Counted from the stretch's first letter, positions 52,636-62,119 are shown. The stretch is DNA of 64,000 nucleotides from Nitrososphaeraceae archaeon (GCA_035297365.1 DATGZA010000062.1:10225-74224); one strand, 5' to 3'. The notes: a model not told the origin generated them from the letters alone. Program-made: numbers and translations.

Positions 52636-54012
52636 TTGAAAAATAATCAAAATCAAGAGAAAAAATTACGTATTTTAGTAACAGGAGCAACTGGATTTAT
52701 AGGTTCAAGGCTTACTAGAAGATTAATTGCCTTGGGAAAATATCATATTCGTTGCATGACTAGAAATCCAGATGAAATATACCAAAAGATATTTGGGTTA
52801 AGTAAGAATATTATTGAGATAGTAAGGGTAGATGCTACCAAATATGAAGAAGTATTAAAAGCCTTAGAAGATGTTGATGTAGTTTTTTATTTAATTCATT
52901 CAATGGAAGGTACATCTTTAAAATGGAAAGAATTCTCGTACAAAGATAGATTAATAGCTGAAAATTTTGCTAAAGCTGCCTCAGAAAAAAGAGTAAAAAG
53001 GATAATATATTTAGGAGGTCTAATTAATGAAATTAATAATCTTTCCGAACATATGCGAAGCAGGAAGGAAGTTGGAGAAATTCTCAAAAAATCTACGGCC
53101 AAAGTTACAGTATTCCGTGCCGCAATAATTTTAGGAGCAGGAGGTGGATCATTTCAAATGCTAAAATATCTAGTAGAAAGACTTCCGATTATGGTGTGTC
53201 CCAAGTGGGTTCAGACCAGATCACAGCCAATAGCAGTTGATGATGTTGTAAACTATCTTGTGACTTGTTTGGAGGTTTCAGAAACACAAGGAAAAGACTT
53301 TGATATTGGAGGGCCAGAAATAGTCACCTATTTTGAGTTAATGAAAAGATATGCAAGCACGTTCAATAAATCATTAAGAATACTAGTTATACCTTTTTTA
53401 ACTCCGAGATTATCTTCTTACTGGATAGACCTTGTCACGCCAGTTCAGGCATCTTTAGCAAGACCATTGATTGATAGTTTGAAACATGAAGCCACAGTTA
53501 AGGATGAACAAATTAGAAAATTAATACAATTTGATCTTTCTACTATTGAGCAAGCCATAAATACGTCTAAAAAAGAATCGGAAATCAAATCAAAAATTCT
53601 AAAAATAAATGAAAAAAGTTCCATTTCATTGAACAACAAAATACTAATTATATCACTTTTATTGTTGGCAGCAATTGGTTCAACATATTATTTTTTAGAT
53701 ACACGACAAGATGTTTTTCGGCCATATTGGATCGTTTTAAGTTGTTTATGGTATTTTGGAATATTCTTTTCTATTTATTTTGTTAGATATGGCGCAAGGC
53801 TTGGATCTCTCATTGCAGGGATTTTAGGATGGATAACAATAACATTTTGGTTATTAGATAACATTCGCTTGGTTTATGACACATCTATTATAACCTCCTC
53901 ACCACCAGACCTTATAATGACTATTAGGAATTTTCTAGGGGGTATGATATCTATTTTGGTAATATTATCATCTCATAATGTCTTTCACAAGATAAGATTA
54001 TATAAAATATGA
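52636..54012 (+). CDS. Atypical SDR / NAD(P)-binding protein (YbjT-like) with C-terminal four-TM extension
   Basis: VTGATGFIG, YLIHSM, IIYLGGL, SEHMRSR, QPIAVDDV, TPRLSSYWIDLVTPV; hydrophobic C-terminus. Confidence 0.88.
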   Translation: MKNNQNQEKKLRILVTGATGFIGSRLTRRLIALGKYHIRCMTRNPDEIYQKIFGLSKNIIEIVRVDATKYEEVLKALEDVDVVFYLIHSMEGTSLKWKEFSYKDRLIAENFAKAASEKRVKRIIYLGGLINEINNLSEHMRSRKEVGEILKKSTAKVTVFRAAIILGAGGGSFQMLKYLVERLPIMVCPKWVQTRSQPIAVDDVVNYLVTCLEVSETQGKDFDIGGPEIVTYFELMKRYASTFNKSLRILVIPFLTPRLSSYWIDLVTPVQASLARPLIDSLKHEATVKDEQIRKLIQFDLSTIEQAINTSKKESEIKSKILKINEKSSISLNNKILIISLLLLAAIGSTYYFLDTRQDVFRPYWIVLSCLWYFGIFFSIYFVRYGARLGSLIAGILGWITITFWLLDNIRLVYDTSIITSSPPDLIMTIRNFLGGMISILVILSSHNVFHKIRLYKI

Positions 54013-54290
54013 TAATGTGATCCAACGATAAGAAAATTAAATCTCTTCAAAATATATTTTTTATTCTGGGCGTATTAAAATTACCATTATCCATATATTT
54101 ATTATAAAAATATTTTGTTAATATTACCGCATTTCAATAATTATATTAAATTAGATTAAATACTGTGAAAACCTGATTTATTTGAATAATAATTTTTATA
54201 GTGCTATTATATTATAACCAATACTAAATTTGAACCTAAAAACAAGAAATTAACATTTTAAAAAAATCAAATTGAATAATAGGGTTAAAA

Positions 54291-55166
54291 TTAAACATTT
54301 ATGTATTCATTAATATGGCGTATAAAATTACTTATTGATTCATTATGCAAAATACTAATTTTGTTCTGTTTGTTTTGATTTTCTATCGCCATGTCCCCGT
54401 TAAATGCAATAACCCCTGCTCCAGCAACTACTATGTTAGTTGGATATTTTTTATTTATTTCATTTATTAATCTTATCGCGGTATTTTTGTGTTCTGATAA
54501 TGTCATGCATATTATTACTAAATTCGGACGTTCTTCACTGACATATTCAACTATTGATTCGTTTGGAGCTGATGGCGATATATTATATACGTGATATTTT
54601 TTTTCTAATAATAGCGATTCAAGTATCTCGGACCCAATCTTGTGTATTTCTCCCTCCGGAGTACATAAAATGACCTTTATCGGCTTTTTCTTTTCTGTAT
54701 CCAAACTATGAAACTTGTTATTTAATATACTTATTAGGTTCGAAGCTGCGTTACTACAAGCGTGTTCCGTGGCAACATCTAATTCTCCTTTCTCCCACAG
54801 GTTCCCTACCTTTTGCAATACAGGAATTAGAATAAATTCGTAAAAATCAATTAGATCAATCTTTTTCGTAGAGCTAGAATAAATGTTCAATACTTCATTT
54901 ATATCATAATTAATCAGGGCTTCAAATAATCGGTCTTGAAATATCTTTTCTGAATCTTTATCTCTTGCTTTATCACTAAATTTTCCAAAAAATGATATTA
55001 CGTTTTCTGTTTTGCGGTATTCTTCCGGAATATCATCCATGACTAATTTAGAAATATTTCCTAAATATTTGACTGTTATTTGTTTAGGTTTTTTTTCGGT
55101 CCAGACATTTTTTACTAAATAAGCATATGAATTATTTTTTAATTTTTTTACTCTGATATAGACCAT
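54291..55166 (-). CDS. CarH/LitR-like cobalamin-binding regulator with non-MerR N-terminal domain
   Basis: GNLWEKGELDVATEH (W-x9-EH, AdoCbl cap) and PEGEIHKIG (ExHxxG base-off His); basic beta-rich N-terminus. Confidence 0.85.
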   Translation of the reverse strand: MVYIRVKKLKNNSYAYLVKNVWTEKKPKQITVKYLGNISKLVMDDIPEEYRKTENVISFFGKFSDKARDKDSEKIFQDRLFEALINYDINEVLNIYSSSTKKIDLIDFYEFILIPVLQKVGNLWEKGELDVATEHACSNAASNLISILNNKFHSLDTEKKKPIKVILCTPEGEIHKIGSEILESLLLEKKYHVYNISPSAPNESIVEYVSEERPNLVIICMTLSEHKNTAIRLINEINKKYPTNIVVAGAGVIAFNGDMAIENQNKQNKISILHNESISNFIRHINEYINV

Positions 55167-55230
55167 TTTTAGTCACCGCCGTACAAGTTATACATAGAGA
55201 TAGTCAAGTTAATAGAATTTATCATAATTG

Positions 55231-55287
55231 TATTTAGTGTTCATGTCTATTTATACATAGTGCTAAATCTGTTACATAGTGCTAAAT
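55231..55287 (-). promoter_or_regulatory. Tandem operator-like direct repeats upstream of the B12-binding regulator
   Basis: TACATAGTGCTAAAT at 55254-55268 and 55273-55287 (identical); variant TAGTGTTCA at 55235-55243. Confidence 0.7.
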
Positions 55288-55447
55288 GTAAAATAAATAA
55301 AATAAAAATTTTATTCGACAAAATATTTATCATATTGCTTTGGAATCTGTAGAATATACTTAAAGTTCAAAACTATGTCATACACATTAATTAGATTTTT
55401 CTATCTTGTACCGTCTTTTTAGACCGAGATTCGAACCAGATATTCGA

Positions 55448-55521
55448 TGGGGTCGGCCGGATTTGAACCGGCGGTCTCCAGCGCCCGAGGCTGGAATCAT
55501 GCCAAACTAGACCACAACCCC
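55448..55521 (-). tRNA. tRNA-Pro(CGG)
   Basis: Acceptor stem GGGGTTG/CGACCCC, anticodon arm CCAGC-CT-CGG-GC-GCTGG, T arm GCCGGTTCAAATCCGGC; no intron. Confidence 0.95.
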
Positions 55522-55698
55522 GAAAATCAATAAATGTATTGAAGGTCACCGTAATTATTAACTTATTTTTCGATATAAAAAGTCAATTCTGCAAAAAACA
55601 TATGATTTCTATATCATTTTTCGAGATATTATTGTCTCATTATCCGAGTAAAAATAAACTTTTACATTGCATAATCTCGTCAGTTAATCTTTAAAAAA

Positions 55699-57051
55699 TC
55701 AATATCTAATTCTAGAATATATATCTTCAATGTTCCATAAATGTTCTGGAACACCTTGAGGAGTTTTAGTTTCTCGTATCTCATTTGTTATATTTTTTAG
55801 AATAATACCTTCCCTGACCAGATCATGTACAATCATTGCAGCCATAGGTAATGCACCAGTTGCGCCAGGGGAATTATAATTAAGGATATGCAACGATGAA
55901 ACATCTTTTAATAAGATAGTATCTGGGATAAATGAGCCTTTATTATTTATTAGAATTGATCTTATTCCGGAAATTCCTCTCCTATTAAATTTCTTAGGAT
56001 CTATCAATGGAAGAAATTGCTTTACTCTATTTATCATGGCTTTTTTAGATAGTGAACTATTTGTTTCTGTTAATATCAAAGAAAGAAATTCTTTATCCAT
56101 AACTAGTGACCAAAACCCCTTTTTTCTTACTACTTCTTGTATTCTTGGAAACACTTCTCTAAAATTTTTTCTTATGTTGTATGCATAGGCTCCACAAACT
56201 GGTAACGCATTTGGACCGACCTCACAATGACCATCAATCCTGACAATCCAATGAGGATCAAGAAAAGGAAATTTCTTTTGTCTAGGCACCGTGTAAATAC
56301 TACGAGACGTTAAAGATTCATATTGCTTCGGTGAAATCCAGTATTCTCCTCTAAAATATAAATTAATGAAGTCTTTTCCAATTCCGAAAGAATGTGCAAT
56401 TTCAAGAGAATTTCCTCCAGCAGCGTTGATGATGTAGTCGGTCTGAATTGTTTTTTCCTTTCCTTTGTCGGACTGTATTGTTAATGTGTTTTGACCCTCC
56501 GACTTTATTCTTTTTACCTTGTGAGAAAAAATGATACTCCCTCCTCTAAATAAATAATCATCCTTTAAAAACTTGGTTAGGAGAGAGTAATCTACACTTG
56601 CATCTCTTTTGCAGTATATCGATGCCCTGCATTTCACATTAGGTTCAATTTTTCGTGTCTGATTGAAATCAAGAAAAGAAATGTCTTTCTCATCGAGCCC
56701 ATTTTTTATTCCCCATTCTAAATATTTCCTTAGAGTATCTATGTCTTTATCTTCTTTTGCGATTTCTATTACTCCATCGTTTTTAAAATAAATATTCTTA
56801 GACAGAGAATATTTTTCCCACATCTCGTATCCTACGTAAGCGATTTTTCCAAAAATTTTCTTTTTTTCTGGATCATATAAGAAAGGTGAATGAACTTTTC
56901 CAGTGTTTCTAGAACTTGTGTGGTATCCCACATCTTTTTCCTGTTCAATGATTATTGTATTAGCTTTACTATTTGATGCCAAAAAATATCCGATAGAAAC
57001 CCCTAATATTCCTCCGCCAATGATTGCAATATTGTATTTTATTTCTTCCAC
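55699..57051 (-). CDS. FAD-dependent oxidoreductase, L-2-hydroxyglutarate oxidase (LhgO)-like
   Basis: IIGGGILG, HTSSRNTGKVH, FRGEY, PFLDPH, GPNA, SGIRS, NSPGATG. Confidence 0.85.
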   Translation of the reverse strand: MEEIKYNIAIIGGGILGVSIGYFLASNSKANTIIIEQEKDVGYHTSSRNTGKVHSPFLYDPEKKKIFGKIAYVGYEMWEKYSLSKNIYFKNDGVIEIAKEDKDIDTLRKYLEWGIKNGLDEKDISFLDFNQTRKIEPNVKCRASIYCKRDASVDYSLLTKFLKDDYLFRGGSIIFSHKVKRIKSEGQNTLTIQSDKGKEKTIQTDYIINAAGGNSLEIAHSFGIGKDFINLYFRGEYWISPKQYESLTSRSIYTVPRQKKFPFLDPHWIVRIDGHCEVGPNALPVCGAYAYNIRKNFREVFPRIQEVVRKKGFWSLVMDKEFLSLILTETNSSLSKKAMINRVKQFLPLIDPKKFNRRGISGIRSILINNKGSFIPDTILLKDVSSLHILNYNSPGATGALPMAAMIVHDLVREGIILKNITNEIRETKTPQGVPEHLWNIEDIYSRIRY

Positions 57052-57181
57052 CTTTTGTTTAGAATTAGATGAATGTAATTCTAATAAGATTTTTTTTATT
57101 AGCAGATATGAAATGTATCTTGTTTTAGGATAATCTTAATTACTAAGTTTCTATTTTTTAATATTTATTATTATTTTTATA

Positions 57182-57511
57182 CTATCTTTTGATGTCGACT
57201 TGTAAAATCTCTCCTACCTGCGGATTTCCCATAATTTGATATTTTCTTTTTGGCATTGTTATCTGTATAACGGTTTTAGGATATGTTTTAATGACTGTCT
57301 GTGGTTGTGATTTTAGTATAGCTTCTAGTAAGGGTTTTATCTGTTGTTTGACCTCGTCGTCTGTTACTGTTCTATCCACAGCCTCTAATATCATCTGTTG
57401 TTGTGAAATAGGTTCTAATTCTATATCTTCACTCAAAGATAATGTAACATTGGATCCATTGTCCACCAATTGTTTTATCATATACTTACTTGTTGCCTCA
57501 GAATTTTCCAA
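57182..57511 (-). CDS. Conserved hypothetical protein
   Basis: 109-aa ORF ending YQIMGNPQVGEILQVDI. Confidence 0.7.
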   Translation of the reverse strand: MENSEATSKYMIKQLVDNGSNVTLSLSEDIELEPISQQQMILEAVDRTVTDDEVKQQIKPLLEAILKSQPQTVIKTYPKTVIQITMPKRKYQIMGNPQVGEILQVDIKR

Positions 57512-57618
57512 ATTTTTATTACAAAGTAAAAAATAAATGTAATATTATTAATTGTTATTTTTTTATATTTTTACAATTCAAGTCAAAATATTGACTCTAA
57601 ATAATATTATTGAGTATT

Positions 57619-57936
57619 TTAAACAGAATACATTATTCCACCAGATACAATTGGCACTTGTTCAACTTTGGCAAGTTCTTTGATCCTAGCTATTATTGCA
57701 TTGAACCACAAGCTATCTATGCCTTGACTCCATATTGTTATCTTTTTGTAACTTTTTTTTACGCCATCGTGAAAATAGCCGGAGCAATCTTCTGCGGTAA
57801 TATTGCAGTATTTTTGACTAACTTCTTCTATTACATCTGAGGCACTTTCAGGTAAATACAAAATAGTTAGGGTTGGAAAGGGGATTGTACTAGACGTTTC
57901 TGTTGAACTGCTGCTATTCTTTTCGTTCATTTTCAA
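57619..57936 (-). CDS. Hypothetical protein
   Basis: 105-aa ORF co-oriented with flanking genes. Confidence 0.65.
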   Translation of the reverse strand: MKMNEKNSSSSTETSSTIPFPTLTILYLPESASDVIEEVSQKYCNITAEDCSGYFHDGVKKSYKKITIWSQGIDSLWFNAIIARIKELAKVEQVPIVSGGIMYSV

Positions 57937-58032
57937 TAGATTAAATATTTCCTGTAATAAGTAAATTTCGTCTTCATTGTATTGGTTATAAAACTAAAAA
58001 TTCATAATTCTTTGTAAAGGTATTAGAAATAT

Positions 58033-58794
58033 TTAGGATTCTGTTATCAATGAGATTATTTCGTCAAAGTTTTTCCTGTTTTTCTCCTTCTTATACTCTC
58101 TTAGGTTCTCAACCATCAAGTCTTCCTTGTTAAAATCCAATATCTTTTTTATTTTTTTTGCAAGTAATCCGCCTAAAATTAGAGAATGTGTTATCGAAGT
58201 AACATTTGTAGTTCTTCTATTGATTGAAGAGCTCTCAAAATCTATTATAACAACTTTTTTTTCATATGAGATAATTATATGATTATCTATTCTTGTTAAT
58301 TCACCATGATCAAGATAGATTCCATCCAAGTGATAACATTGTTCCAAGATCTCATTTATTACCTTTTTTACAGCCTGTTTGGAAATTAGATTATTGCAAT
58401 TACTCTGTTCATCAATCCATACAGAAATTTTTTTTCCATCTATTAATTCCATTAGAATAAAATCTTTTTTCTGATCTATGAGTTTTGGACCAATATCTAG
58501 TAAATTTGCAATTATCATCATTTTTGCTTCTTCATACGAATTCTTTCTAGGAGAATCAGACCTTCTGATTTTTAAGGCGAGATTCTTGCCCCTGTTCGTA
58601 TTTACTTTGACAACTATGCCAGAGTGACCTTTTCCGAGAATATCTAAATTATCTATTTTTGTAGTACCAGAAAAGATAACTTCTTCTACCCCCAGATCAA
58701 TTAATTCTTTAATCCTTTCTTGATATACAAAATAATTAAATTTTGGATACGAAATTAAATGCTGGACTATTGGAGAATTTATATCAATCTTCAA
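58033..58794 (-). CDS. Atypical (RIO/Bud32-like) Ser/Thr protein kinase
   Basis: LGKGHSGIV, ALKIRR, GPKL, MELIDG, DHGEL, IIDFE. Confidence 0.85.
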   Translation of the reverse strand: MKIDINSPIVQHLISYPKFNYFVYQERIKELIDLGVEEVIFSGTTKIDNLDILGKGHSGIVVKVNTNRGKNLALKIRRSDSPRKNSYEEAKMMIIANLLDIGPKLIDQKKDFILMELIDGKKISVWIDEQSNCNNLISKQAVKKVINEILEQCYHLDGIYLDHGELTRIDNHIIISYEKKVVIIDFESSSINRRTTNVTSITHSLILGGLLAKKIKKILDFNKEDLMVENLREYKKEKNRKNFDEIISLITES

Positions 58795-60319
58795 AGATCA
58801 TCGAATTCTTGAATATAAAGTCATATAATACATCCTGATATATAGGATCCTTTCTTATTTTTTTACTATCTAGGAAAAATAATCCAACTCCTTTCTTGAG
58901 GTCAGATCTCAATCCTTTTGGAATTCCTATCTCTGTGTTACTGGTGATTACTTCCTTTAAGAATTCTATTATGTCTTTATTCTTTCGTTCCTTCAGACAA
59001 GAAATTTTCATTTCCTCATTTATCCAAGTGAATATTGAATTGTTCTTGTTCTTTTTGATAAAATTGCTAACTTCGTCTTTCATAAAAATGTCTGGTCCTT
59101 TATTAACCATATAAGACGGTAATTTTTTAAATTCTAATAATAAGATGATTATTGCAAGATTGCCCTCATCCTTTATGTAGCATTGATTCTTTATTATATT
59201 GAATTTAAAAGAATTTGCTTGTTTGACAATAGCTTTTGTCAGTTTCTTTAATTGTCCGGATATTACATCTGGACTTCTACTACTGTAATTAAATTTTATA
59301 ACGACCAAATTTGAAAGTATATTATTCTTTCTCTGATCCGCAACTACTTTGGTTACTTTGTTAAATGATTGTTGAAAGTTAAAAAAGTACATCGAAGGAT
59401 GTTTCAAAAAAGTTCTGGAAGCCATTATGAATTTTGATAAACTTTCAGCTGAGATAGCAGCACCTAGATTTCTATTTTCATCAATTGGGTCAATAATGAT
59501 TATGGGACTACTAAATTTGATTTCGTCAATTTCCTTATTTTCGTGTGTAGAAATCACGGCTTCTTTTTTATCCAAATTGGAAATATTTACTAGCACATCT
59601 TTAAATGTATTATATTTTAAAACCAATACTTCAGAAACATATCCACTAAATCCAGAGGTAAGCATTTCTGCTCCATAGATTCCAATAGTTTTTAAAAATT
59701 TTTTTAAAATTCGTACTTGATCCTTTTGCTCCGTGGATAAATTCTTGGTCATATATTCTGTGTGATATTGGGACCTATCTGCAGCACTTTTCCAATTACC
59801 TTTTTCTACAGCATAGCAAGGTACAATGTTGATTCTGACTGGACACTCCTTTTTGTTTTTCCTTACAAAACCCTCGACATAAGGATGTTCTGAAAATCTT
59901 GTTCTTGGTGTGTACTTGGATAGTGATTTGAAACCAATGTCCATGGCAATTCCCTCAAAACGACTTTCGCTAACTTTTTTGTCTATTAAAATGAAAATAT
60001 CAATATCTGTGTCATTTTTTAGATTTGTACCTTTTGCAAATGAACCACCAGACTTTATAGCTACCACTTCTGGCACCAAGTTAGTTTTGATTTCATTTAT
60101 TATCTCTTTTTCAACGGAACGTAGTGTTTTTAATTCCAGCTTATTGGGTTGGCATGCTTTCAAGGCTTTTTCAATAACTCTATCGAGATCTAGTGCAATG
60201 TGATTTTTGATGTTATTATTACTTGTGGTAGCCGCCACTTGATGTTTGATGTTTGAATTTATTTTATTTTTTGTTACCATCTTCTTTTTTTGCACTTTGT
60301 ATTTATCTATTGATGGCAT
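58784..60319 (-). CDS. cca: Class I CCA-adding enzyme (start uncertain: 60319 or 60280; track start 60367)
   Basis: GGSFAKGTNL..DTDIDIF, SEHPYV, NIVPCY, SAADRS, GIYGAE, GFSGY, DPIDENRNLGAA. Confidence 0.95.
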   Translation of the reverse strand: MPSIDKYKVQKKKMVTKNKINSNIKHQVAATTSNNNIKNHIALDLDRVIEKALKACQPNKLELKTLRSVEKEIINEIKTNLVPEVVAIKSGGSFAKGTNLKNDTDIDIFILIDKKVSESRFEGIAMDIGFKSLSKYTPRTRFSEHPYVEGFVRKNKKECPVRINIVPCYAVEKGNWKSAADRSQYHTEYMTKNLSTEQKDQVRILKKFLKTIGIYGAEMLTSGFSGYVSEVLVLKYNTFKDVLVNISNLDKKEAVISTHENKEIDEIKFSSPIIIIDPIDENRNLGAAISAESLSKFIMASRTFLKHPSMYFFNFQQSFNKVTKVVADQRKNNILSNLVVIKFNYSSRSPDVISGQLKKLTKAIVKQANSFKFNIIKNQCYIKDEGNLAIIILLLEFKKLPSYMVNKGPDIFMKDEVSNFIKKNKNNSIFTWINEEMKISCLKERKNKDIIEFLKEVITSNTEIGIPKGLRSDLKKGVGLFFLDSKKIRKDPIYQDVLYDFIFKNSMIFED

Positions 60320-60860
60320 AAACCGATAATAGGTTGGAGTAAATTGGCCCAGTTGGTCTGATATCACTTTTCTTTAGATAAATCTTATCAATTATGTCCT
60401 GTCCAAATTTCATGCCCTCATATTTTTTACATATCTCTTTTATGTTTTGAATCTTTGTTTTCACCCTAAATATAGTTAAATGCGGTACAAATTTATTGTC
60501 TGTTTTAAAGCCAATTTGCTTCATTTTTTCGTTAATCATATTAAATATCTTTATTAGATGTTTGGTCCCCTCTTCATCTATTCCTATCCATATTATCTTT
60601 GGAAACTTTATAGAAGGAAATACTCCTATGCCGCTATATACTAATATTGTTTTCTCAAATTTTATTTGTGAAATTTCTTTTTTAACCTCTTCTACTTGAG
60701 AGTCATTTATCTCTCCTAAGAAAAATAATGTAAAATGCAAATTATTTACATCAACTGGTTTTAGATAGTTTTTATTCGCAATAACTTGATCTAAAACCTC
60801 TTGCTGTATCTCTCTAAACCTATCTTTTATTTCACAGTCTACAGCAATGAATGTTCTCAT
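60303..60860 (-). CDS. thpR: RNA 2',3'-cyclic phosphodiesterase
   Basis: MRTFIAV, two HxT motifs (HFTL, HLTI), GPIY. Confidence 0.93.
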   Translation of the reverse strand: MRTFIAVDCEIKDRFREIQQEVLDQVIANKNYLKPVDVNNLHFTLFFLGEINDSQVEEVKKEISQIKFEKTILVYSGIGVFPSIKFPKIIWIGIDEEGTKHLIKIFNMINEKMKQIGFKTDNKFVPHLTIFRVKTKIQNIKEICKKYEGMKFGQDIIDKIYLKKSDIRPTGPIYSNLLSVYAINR

Positions 60861-61032
60861 TATGGATAGTCAAAATACTAAAAACATATAATCATATCTT
60901 TTTAATCTGTCTTGTTAGATTAGTCTGAATATTAGTTTATGATTGATTTCTGTAGCTATTCGGTTTTATAGCTCTCAATTTTTTTATAATTCAGTTGTAT
61001 TTTTAGTGATTAGATTTTTAGATTATCAATTT

Positions 61033-61605
61033 TCAACTGTCTTTTTCCTGCATTATTTTATTGAAAACTCTGTCTATCTCTTCTATAGATTCGATATCTA
61101 TATCCTTGTAGTCTTTTTTTAGGATATCTTCCAACATGCTTTTAGTAAATGTTTTCATTTCAAAATGCTCATCTATTTTGTTTTCAACAATCCCGTCCTT
61201 TAATTTACAATTTGTTTGTTGACGTGTTTCAACAGTTGTTGTAGGTTCCAAAGTATGTAACGCATCACCAATATCATGAATCAACGAAATCCTGATAGAT
61301 GTCTGCTCAATGACTTTTTTTGATGTATCTAGAATTCCAATATCCCTTCTGATTCTATTCAATTCTTCAAATAGCTGTCTTGCTTCTTTATGTCTGCCTT
61401 TTTTAATTAGATCTAAAATCTTCATTAGCGTGTTATTTTCTTTTTCTTTTAACAATGGATAAGCCTGATTTATTTTAGACATTCTTTCAGGAAAATCACT
61501 GATGGAAAAAATATCACTCTTTTTTGAGTCTAGCGGAGGATCTTCTTTATCATTTTTATCATCTACTTTTTTATGATCTGCTGTTTTCCTGAAGAAATTC
61601 CACAT
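61033..61605 (-). CDS. Divergent CdvB/Snf7 (ESCRT-III) paralogue
   Basis: ARQLFEELNRIRR...SKKVIEQTSIRISLIHDIGD follows the CdvB core A...A.EL..IRK......ALEQ..LRL.TI.D.GD. Confidence 0.7.
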   Translation of the reverse strand: MWNFFRKTADHKKVDDKNDKEDPPLDSKKSDIFSISDFPERMSKINQAYPLLKEKENNTLMKILDLIKKGRHKEARQLFEELNRIRRDIGILDTSKKVIEQTSIRISLIHDIGDALHTLEPTTTVETRQQTNCKLKDGIVENKIDEHFEMKTFTKSMLEDILKKDYKDIDIESIEEIDRVFNKIMQEKDS

Positions 61606-62119
61606 GTCAAAAGAAATCTTTTATGATTTAATAATATCGTTGTTTGTTTATGTAAATTAATTGATTAACTTTCTTAAAGATCGTGATTCATTGTATTTAG
61701 TAAATAATTAATTGGATTTGAGATGTCGTAAGAAAAATCGAAGATAGTTCTATTAAAATCGAAATATTTTCAATAACCTATTATTTAATTGTTTTAAATT
61801 CTAATTTTGGTTTACTCGATTTATACTCTGTAGATTTTGATTACTTTTATGGATTATGAATCTAATATTGTCTTAATTTCTTTTTAACTGCTAATTTTTT
61901 GAAGTAAATTTTCTAAGGTAATAATAGGTAACATATTAAGTTCATTTAAGGAATTTTTCCGATCCTTGATGAAATACATAAAAGCAAAAATTAACTTTTA
62001 ATTTTGTAAATTCAGCTAATAGAATTAATTACTTGAAATGGGCTGATTAAAGAATTCACAATTTTGACCATTCTATTATCTGTAAACTTAAAATAATTGG
62101 AAGATTCTTTCAGTGTATT

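Noticed and set aside
54194-54206. TTTATAGTGCTAT partial copy of the regulon motif
   Set aside because: Lies between convergent gene ends with no clear promoter; not counted as evidence
54291-55166. Regulator as an IS1634 transposase or methanogen-type corrinoid methyltransferase protein
   Set aside because: No DDE domain or inverted repeats; the W-x9-EH cap and absence of methyltransferase partners fit a CarH-type sensor better
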